The position numbers and the translations under genes are program-made. From Armatimonadota bacterium (lineage in GTDB: Bacteria; Armatimonadota; Hebobacteria; CAIYQO01): DNA of 64,000 nucleotides. Positions 58,273 through 64,000 of this stretch are shown piece after piece. Position 1 is the first letter of the stretch, and the number at the start of each line of letters is the position of its first letter. The notes beneath the pieces were generated by a model. That model was not told the DNA's origin, did no database searches, and saw only the letters and a list, made by a program, of their open reading frames with translations. The DNA is taken from NCBI GenBank assembly GCA_029553475.1, contig JAKPKV010000137.1, positions 69,976-133,975 of the forward strand. Direction: 5' to 3'.

Positions 58273-59190
58273 ATGACCACGCACCAGTTGGATGCCATGA
58301 GCGAGTTCGCGAAGCACGAGCGCAAGAGTCCGATGGACTTCGTCATCGTCACCGGCCTGTCCGGCGCCGGGAAGACGCTGGCCGTGCACGGCCTGGAGGA
58401 CATGGGCTTTTTCTGCGTGGACAACATGCCGCCCGCGCTGCTGCCGCAGTTCGCCGAGCTCTGCGCGCACTCGCAGGGGCGCATCTCGCGCATCGCCGTG
58501 GTGATGGACATCCGCGCCGGACATTTCTTCCAGAACCTGCCGGAGATGGTGCAGACGCTGCGCGGACTGGGCTTCAGCCCAAAACTCATCTTCCTGGAAG
58601 CGGAGGAAGCGACGCTGGTGCGCCGCTTCAAGGAGACCCGCCGCCGACACCCGCTGGCCACCCGCCACCGCACGCTGCTCGACAGTATCCGCCTGGAGCG
58701 CAAACAGCTCCAGGAGCTGCGCGCGGGCGCCGACAAGGTGATTGACACCACCGAGATGGGCCCGAAAACGCTGAAGGACGAATTCACCATGCTGTTCACC
58801 GGCCGCGAGCAGCCGGCGCGCATGCTGGTGAACGTCCGCTCCTTCGGCTACAAACACGGCGTGCCCTCCGACGCCGACCTGATGTTCGACGTGCGCTTCC
58901 TGCGCAATCCGCACTACGTGCCGGAGCTGCAGCCGTTCACCGGCGCCGACGCCGCCGTGGAGGCCTACGTGCTGGCCGACCCTGACGCCCGCCCGTACCT
59001 GGACAAGCTGAAGGACCTGCTCGCCTTCTCGCTGCCGCGCTACAGCGACGAGGGCAAGTCGTACCTGACGGTGGCGATCGGCTGCACGGGCGGACGCCAT
59101 CGCTCGGTGGTGTTCGCCCGCCTGCTCGGCGATTTTTTGCGCGCGCAGGGGTACGAAGTCGTGTTGGAACACCGCGACTGGAAACGGTAG
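58273..59190 (+). CDS. rapZ: RNase adapter / nucleotide-binding protein RapZ (YvcJ)
   Basis: 305 aa. FVIVTGLSGAGKTLAVHGLEDMGFFCVDNMP, ..AIGCTGGRHRSV.. Confidence 0.9.
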   Translation: MTTHQLDAMSEFAKHERKSPMDFVIVTGLSGAGKTLAVHGLEDMGFFCVDNMPPALLPQFAELCAHSQGRISRIAVVMDIRAGHFFQNLPEMVQTLRGLGFSPKLIFLEAEEATLVRRFKETRRRHPLATRHRTLLDSIRLERKQLQELRAGADKVIDTTEMGPKTLKDEFTMLFTGREQPARMLVNVRSFGYKHGVPSDADLMFDVRFLRNPHYVPELQPFTGADAAVEAYVLADPDARPYLDKLKDLLAFSLPRYSDEGKSYLTVAIGCTGGRHRSVVFARLLGDFLRAQGYEVVLEHRDWKR

Positions 59191-59193
59191 CGT

Positions 59194-60516
59194 ATGCTGC
59201 GTCTGCTGCAACCCGGGATCCGTCTGAAGCGCTGGCTCCTGATCATGCTGGTCGGGATGCTGGCATTCGCCATCGGCTTCATCCTCCTCACCCATCATGA
59301 CGGGCCGTTCCACTACGCGCTGTGGGCCGTCACCAACCCGCTGACCGGCGGCGAGATGCCCGTCGCCGTCCCCGCCGCCACCGGCGCGGGCTTTCTCGTC
59401 ATCAGCCTCTTTCTCGTCTGGTTCAGCCTGCGCAAAGTGGTGCGCGTCTTCGCGCAGGCGGCGGCGGGCAATCCCAACGGCGCCACGAAAGACCTGGTGC
59501 AGGTGCTGGTGGACCGCCGGCCCTCGGCGCCGCGGCTGCGCGTGGTGGGCATGGGGGGCGGCACCGGCCTCTCGACGTTATTGCGCGGCTTGAAGGAATA
59601 CCCGGTGGCGCTCACCGCGGTGGTCACCGTCTCCGACGACGGCGGCTCCTCCGGCCGGCTGCGCGGCGATCTGGACATGCCGCCGCCGGGCGATATCCGC
59701 CATTGCCTCACCGCGCTGGCCGAAGCCGAGCCGCTGATGGAGCGCCTCTTCCATCATCGCTTCGCGGTGGACGGCACGGAATTGAACGGCCACTCGCTGG
59801 GCAACCTCATCATCGCCGGCCTGCAGGAGATCACCGGCGATTTTCAGCAGGCGATCAGCGAGGCCAGCCGCGTGCTCGCCGTGCGCGGGCGCGTGCTGCC
59901 CTCCACCAATCGCCCGCTGGTGCTGAAAGCGGTGATGGCGGACGGGCACGAGGTCGTTGGCGAGACGGCCATCACCGGCTGCGGCGGCGTCATCCGCGAA
60001 GTGGCGCTCACCCCGCCGGACGCCGCGCCGCTGCCCGACACGCTGGAGGCGCTGGAAGAGGCGGACGTCATCATCGTCGGCCCCGGCAGCGTGTACACCA
60101 GCCTGCTGCCCAATCTGCTCATCCCCGGCGTGGTGGAGGCGCTCATCGCCTCCCCCGCGATCAAAATCTTCGTCTGCAACGTGATGACCCAGCCCGGCGA
60201 GACCGACGGCTTCACCGCCGCCCGCCACCTGGACGTGGTGCTGGAGCACCTGCCCTGCGAGAATCCCTTCCATTACGCCGTGGTGAACCTCCAGCGCCCG
60301 CCGCAGGAGGTGATGGCCGTCTACGAGCAGCGGGGCCAGCGCTTCGTCGAGCCCGACCTCGCGCGCCTCCGCGCCCTCGGCGTCACCCCGCTCACCGCCG
60401 CCCTCCTCGCCGACCTCCACCTCGCCCGCCACGACCCCGACAAACTCGCCCGCTGCATCCTCGAGCACGTCGCCAGGGAAGCCTGCTGGCCCAAACTGCT
60501 GAAGCGGCGGAAGTAA
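59194..60516 (+). CDS. yvcK: YvcK/CofD-like gluconeogenesis factor with N-terminal TM extension
   Basis: 440 aa. VVGMGGGTGLSTLLRGLK, VTVSDDGGSSGRLR, GPGSVYTSLLPNLL. Confidence 0.88.
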   Translation: MLRLLQPGIRLKRWLLIMLVGMLAFAIGFILLTHHDGPFHYALWAVTNPLTGGEMPVAVPAATGAGFLVISLFLVWFSLRKVVRVFAQAAAGNPNGATKDLVQVLVDRRPSAPRLRVVGMGGGTGLSTLLRGLKEYPVALTAVVTVSDDGGSSGRLRGDLDMPPPGDIRHCLTALAEAEPLMERLFHHRFAVDGTELNGHSLGNLIIAGLQEITGDFQQAISEASRVLAVRGRVLPSTNRPLVLKAVMADGHEVVGETAITGCGGVIREVALTPPDAAPLPDTLEALEEADVIIVGPGSVYTSLLPNLLIPGVVEALIASPAIKIFVCNVMTQPGETDGFTAARHLDVVLEHLPCENPFHYAVVNLQRPPQEVMAVYEQRGQRFVEPDLARLRALGVTPLTAALLADLHLARHDPDKLARCILEHVAREACWPKLLKRRK

Positions 60517-60620
60517 CGGGCGCGCAGGAAAGCGCGTCATCCCTCATGCGTAACGCGCGCCCGCCGCCTGCCCCGATGGAATCGCGGGTGGCGCGCACTA
60601 CGAAGAAACCCGGCGCGCCT

Positions 60621-61142
60621 CAATCCCTACTCCCTGTTTTCCCCAATCCCTAATTGTAGTGGGCCGTCACGCTACAGATAGGAGATAGGAGTACGAGGTA
60701 GAGGATATGATGTCATCCCGAAGGGATCACCCCCGCCGGCCACGGGCGGCGCATCAGCGGACCCCGCGGGCAGCACCCGGTCGCTCCCCACCCCCATGTC
60801 CCGAAGCTGTCGCCCCTGCGGGGCTGTGGATGTTTTGCGGGGCCGGGGTCCACGGGTTCCGCTGACGCTCCACCCGTGGCTAACGGCTTCGGTCCCTTCG
60901 GGACATGGGGATGGGGGGCGACCGGGCGCTATCCGGGGGGGCCGCTGGCGCGCCGCCCGCGTCGGCGCCGGCCGATTCCCGTGGGACGCCCCCGGTCAAG
61001 ATGGCGAAGCGAGGCGCAACGTGACGAGCCGCTACAATTAGGGATTAGGGGTGAGGGATTGGGGCTTGGGGCGCGCGCTACGGTTTGCATGGCACGGCGC
61101 ATCGTGACGACCCGCTACACCTAATCCCCGACCCCTAACCCC
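60621..61142. repeat. large composite of nested repeats (TAGGGAT-type arms > R3 ends > R1 module) plus an R3 half-copy
   Basis: CCCCAATCCCTAATT|GTAGTGGGCCGTCACG (60641-60671) pairs with CGTGACGAGCCGCTAC|AATTAGGGATTAGGGG (61020-61051). Inside, CCCCACCCCCATGTCCCGAAG (60787-60807) pairs with CTTCGGGACATGGGGATGGGG (60897-60917) around an R1 module at 60849-60905. An extra CGTGACGACCCGCTAC sits at 61103-61118. Confidence 0.8.
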
Positions 61143-63064
61143 TCCTCCCGCTTCACGAACACCTGCAGCCCGTTCCGCCCTTCCAGCGCCAGCAGCGCGG
61201 TGAATGTTCGATACTCGGCCAGCGTCTCCGGCGGGAAGGTGCCGCGGACGGTGGCGTATTCGCAAGTATAGGTGAGGGTCTGCCCGGCGCGGGTGAGGGC
61301 GTCGCCGTAGCTGCCCACTGGGCCGGCGTAGGTGGCCACCGCCGGCAGGTGGGTGATGGTGACGCCGTCGGGGAAGGTGACGCGCGCCTGCATGCGGAAG
61401 CTGGAGGCCATCCCCTGCACGAAGGGCAGCGCCCGCGCCGTGGCCGAGCGGAAGCGGTTGGGCTGATACATGAAGACGGGCAGGCCGGCGGAGAGGCCGG
61501 CGCCCGCCGGCTGCAAATATCGGTGCGCGGTGAAGTCGGCGGTGATGACCAGCGGCCGCTCCGGCGCGCGCAGGTGCTCCACCTTCAGCGCGGTGATCGT
61601 CGCCTCGCCGCCCAGCCGCGCCGCCAGCACCGGCTCCAGCGCCTCGCGATAGCGCTCATCCTCTACCTGCGCCAGCGTCGCGCGCTGCAGCATTGCGGTG
61701 AGGCCGGTGAAGCGCAGCACGGCCCGCCCGCCGGCGCTGCCGTCCGCCCGCACCGTCGTCGTCACCGTCACGTCGGTACGGTTGGCCGCCGCCGGGGAGA
61801 CGGGCAGCGTCACCAGCGCGCCATCCCCGCGCACGATGAGCGCGTCCGCCCCTTCCACGCCTGACGGCAGCAGGTCGGCGGGACACTCGGCCGGCGTGGG
61901 GTCCACGAAGCGGTCGCCGGCCGGCGTCCGCACGGCGAGGATGACGTGGTTGAATTCCGCCGGGCTGTAGCAGGCGCGGTCCAGCGCGCCGCGGTCGGTG
62001 GTGCGCACCAGCACGTAGTCGCTCGTCACCCCTGCCGCCTTCAGCAGCCCGCGCAGCAGCGTCGCCTTGTCCTTGCAGTCGCCGTACTGGCGCTCCGCCA
62101 CCTCTTGCGGGGTGTGCGGCAGGTCGCCGAGCGTGCCCAACTCGATGCCGACGTAGGGCAGCTCGCGCACGACGGCATGCAGCGCCGCCAGTTTTTCCTC
62201 CGGCGTCCGGCAGCCCTTCGTCTTCGCCTGCGCCAGCTTCGTCAGCTCCGGGGTGAGGGCGTCGCGGCCCTCGGTGAGCTTGGCGTACCACGCCGCCACC
62301 GGCGCCCAGCTCGCCAAGGAGCACACGCGGGCGGTGGCCATCAGATCGGCGGCGGGCGGCGTCTGCGCCTCCACCACTTTGAAGGCGGGCACGTCGGCCA
62401 TCCGCCAGCGGATGACGCGCTGGCCGCCCGCCTCCGTCGTCTCCAACGCGGGCACGAGCAGGCCGGTGAAGCGCACGGTCAGCGGCATCGCCGCCGGCGC
62501 GCGCAGCGTGTAGCGCAACTCGCGTACCGGGTAGCTCATCTGCAGCGGCAGCCGCGCGCTGAACTCGCCGGAGATGCGCGGCATGGGGCGTTTGAAGAGC
62601 GTTTCCACCTCCAGCGTGGCGCCCACCACCGCGCCGGGCAGCGGAAAACGGCGCAGGGTGAGGGCGTCATACCAGGCCATGCCGGGGTAGACGGCGCTCT
62701 CCACCACCTGCGTGGGATTCAGCGCGTACGCCTGCCCCTGCACCAGCGTGCGCGCCGTGCGTACCTCCACCGTCTCGCTCGATTTGTCGTACGGGATGGC
62801 CCACTGCGCCAGCGAGAGCCCCTGCGGGGTGAGGATGGTCACCAGCTTGCGGTCGCGCACCACCGTACCGCCAGCCGCGTCCACGGTGATCTCCATCTCG
62901 CGCAGCAGGCACACGGCAGGCGCGCCGGGATAATCCTTCGCGGCAGGCGCGGTGTCCAGCAGCGCCCGCAGCGCCGGGTCATCGAGCGGCGCGGCGGCGG
63001 CGAGGGACGCGAGCAGCAGGACCAGCGCGACGAGCGATGACTGGCGGACGGCAATACCCATCAA
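61121..63064 (-). CDS. DUF3857/transglutaminase-like domain protein (secreted)
   Basis: 647 aa. Signal peptide MMGIAVRQSSLVALVLLLASLAAAAP. Transglutaminase-core-like YGDCKDKATLLRGLLKAAGV. The last codons (..GLGVGD*) are encoded by the TAGGGG-type repeat tract. Confidence 0.8.
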   Translation of the reverse strand: MMGIAVRQSSLVALVLLLASLAAAAPLDDPALRALLDTAPAAKDYPGAPAVCLLREMEITVDAAGGTVVRDRKLVTILTPQGLSLAQWAIPYDKSSETVEVRTARTLVQGQAYALNPTQVVESAVYPGMAWYDALTLRRFPLPGAVVGATLEVETLFKRPMPRISGEFSARLPLQMSYPVRELRYTLRAPAAMPLTVRFTGLLVPALETTEAGGQRVIRWRMADVPAFKVVEAQTPPAADLMATARVCSLASWAPVAAWYAKLTEGRDALTPELTKLAQAKTKGCRTPEEKLAALHAVVRELPYVGIELGTLGDLPHTPQEVAERQYGDCKDKATLLRGLLKAAGVTSDYVLVRTTDRGALDRACYSPAEFNHVILAVRTPAGDRFVDPTPAECPADLLPSGVEGADALIVRGDGALVTLPVSPAAANRTDVTVTTTVRADGSAGGRAVLRFTGLTAMLQRATLAQVEDERYREALEPVLAARLGGEATITALKVEHLRAPERPLVITADFTAHRYLQPAGAGLSAGLPVFMYQPNRFRSATARALPFVQGMASSFRMQARVTFPDGVTITHLPAVATYAGPVGSYGDALTRAGQTLTYTCEYATVRGTFPPETLAEYRTFTALLALEGRNGLQVFVKREEGLGVGD

Positions 63065-63156
63065 TGCGGCCCCTTCTTCCGGACGGATAGACGCGACGCG
63101 CGTCAGCCCTCTTGTTCCCGCGGAACGGATCGCTCAAGCGTCGGGGGAACCGCCCG

Positions 63157-63651
63157 TCACTCCGGCGCGCGCAGCGCCGCGATGAGCTGGGTGGTGGAGA
63201 GATCGGGCACCAGCGGACAGAAGACGACGGCGATGCCGTATTGGGCGACCACCGCGCGCTCCGGCAGGTTCTGCGCGTCGTAGTCGCCGCCCTTCACGTA
63301 GACGTGGGGGCGCAGGGCGGCGAGCAACGCGCTGGCGGTGGATTCGTCGAAGATGGTGACGGCATCCACGCAGGCGAGGGCGGCAATGACGCGGGCCCGG
63401 TTGCCCTCGGCGTTCAGCGGCCGGCCAGGGCCTTTCAATTTCCGCACGGACGCATCGCTGTTCACGCCGACGATGAGCACGTTGCCGTGCGTGCGCGCGG
63501 CTTCCAGCGTCTCGATGTGCCCGACATGCAGCAGGTCGAAGCAGCCATTGGTGAGGACAATCGTCTGGCCCTGCGCGCGCCAGATTTCCACCTGGTGGCA
63601 CAGCGTGTCGCGGGTGAAGACGTTCCCGGCGGTGGTGGTGAAAGCGGTCAT
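63157..63651 (-). CDS. D-beta-D-heptose 1-phosphate adenylyltransferase (RfaE/HldE domain II type cytidylyltransferase)
   Basis: ATG at 63651 (MTAFTTT..). LTNGCFDLLHVGHIETLE HxGH motif, VGVNSDASVRKLKGPGRP. Confidence 0.85.
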   Translation of the reverse strand: MTAFTTTAGNVFTRDTLCHQVEIWRAQGQTIVLTNGCFDLLHVGHIETLEAARTHGNVLIVGVNSDASVRKLKGPGRPLNAEGNRARVIAALACVDAVTIFDESTASALLAALRPHVYVKGGDYDAQNLPERAVVAQYGIAVVFCPLVPDLSTTQLIAALRAPE

Positions 63652-63726
63652 CGGTCGTTCCTGTGATGAAAGCGGCGTTCGCGACGGTATTGTACCACAA
63701 ACCCGCCCGCGTGGCACTAGCAGCCC

Positions 63727-63892
63727 GCGGATACAGTCGTTATTCGGATTGCGCCGAGATTTTGGCGCCAGGCAAGGCGCAGATATAGTGTGTTACATAG
63801 AATGTAAACGCTATATCTGCAACGCGGCATGGCGGCAAAAGATTAAACAAGGCGAGTAACGACTGTATCCGCGGGCTGCTAGCGCGTCAGCA
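63727..63892. repeat. perfect 26-bp inverted repeat flanking a 114-bp AT-richer segment
   Basis: CTAGCAGCCCGCGGATACAGTCGTTA (63727-63752) and its exact reverse complement (63867-63892). The interior holds a second palindrome GCAGATATAG..CTATATCTGC and a minus-strand TTGCAG-17-TATGTA. Confidence 0.9.
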
Positions 63893-64000
63893 CCCGCACC
63901 GCGTCGAAGCGCGCCGCCCCTTCCGTCACGAACAGGCCCAGCGCGCCGGCACGGGGCGCATACATGCGGCAGGAGAGCGCCACATCGCCGGCATAGACCA
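63890..64000 (-). CDS. partial CDS, 3' end only; hypothetical
   Basis: Minus-strand frame ..VYAGDVALSCRMYAPRAGALGLFVTEGAARFDAVRVLTR*, open to the window edge. The stop codon lies inside the right arm of the 26-bp inverted repeat. Confidence 0.5.

Overview
High-GC bacterial chromosomal window (by eye about two-thirds G+C), densely coding on both strands. Long antisense 'shadow' ORFs are common and were ignored.

Housekeeping content:
- An MglA-type GTPase module, a GH15 hydrolase, rnhB and two tandem signal peptidases I.
- A Firmicutes/Terrabacteria-style cluster: ffh-rpsP-KH(ylqC)-ylqD-rimM-[ilvE]-trmD-rplS.
- rplJ-rplL with a consensus promoter and an attenuator-containing leader.
- dnaG-rpoD, a CDF transporter, an Aas-like acyltransferase/ACP/acyl-ligase fusion, gmhA and ftsEX.
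- tsaE-[beta-propeller gene]-tsaB-rimI, ftsZ, rapZ-yvcK, a transglutaminase-like protein and a heptose-1-P adenylyltransferase.

Accessory content:
- Seven paralogous prepilin-type 'H-X9-DG' (DUF1559-like) pseudopilin genes.
- A LacI-PHP-MFS block, a GH29 fucosidase, a CN-hydrolase and a frameshifted AraC gene.
- A small low-GC island encoding a Cys-repeat protein.

Most notable finding: six of the pseudopilin genes form three tandemly duplicated two-gene operons (34.3-43.1 kb). Each operon is headed by a 196-378 bp cassette bounded by inverted 25-bp lox-like sites (TTCCGRRAA-N7-TTYYCGGAA). Each cassette carries a TTGACA/TA-rich promoter butted against one site.
- The flanks of the cassettes are collinear between paralogous loci, but the interior of cassette 3 is the reverse complement of cassettes 1 and 2.
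- By promoter orientation, cassette 3 is ON and cassettes 1 and 2 are OFF.
- The 7-bp spacers are cassette-specific.
- I read these as three independently switchable invertible promoters (invertons) served by a recombinase that is not encoded in this window.

The intergenic DNA is also saturated with several families of nested palindromic, MITE/REP-like repeats. Three of them have perfect 26-38 bp inverted repeats.

No rRNA, tRNA or CRISPR array was found. The taxonomic guess, from synteny plus the pseudopilin expansion, is an Armatimonadota-like Terrabacterium. That is inference only.
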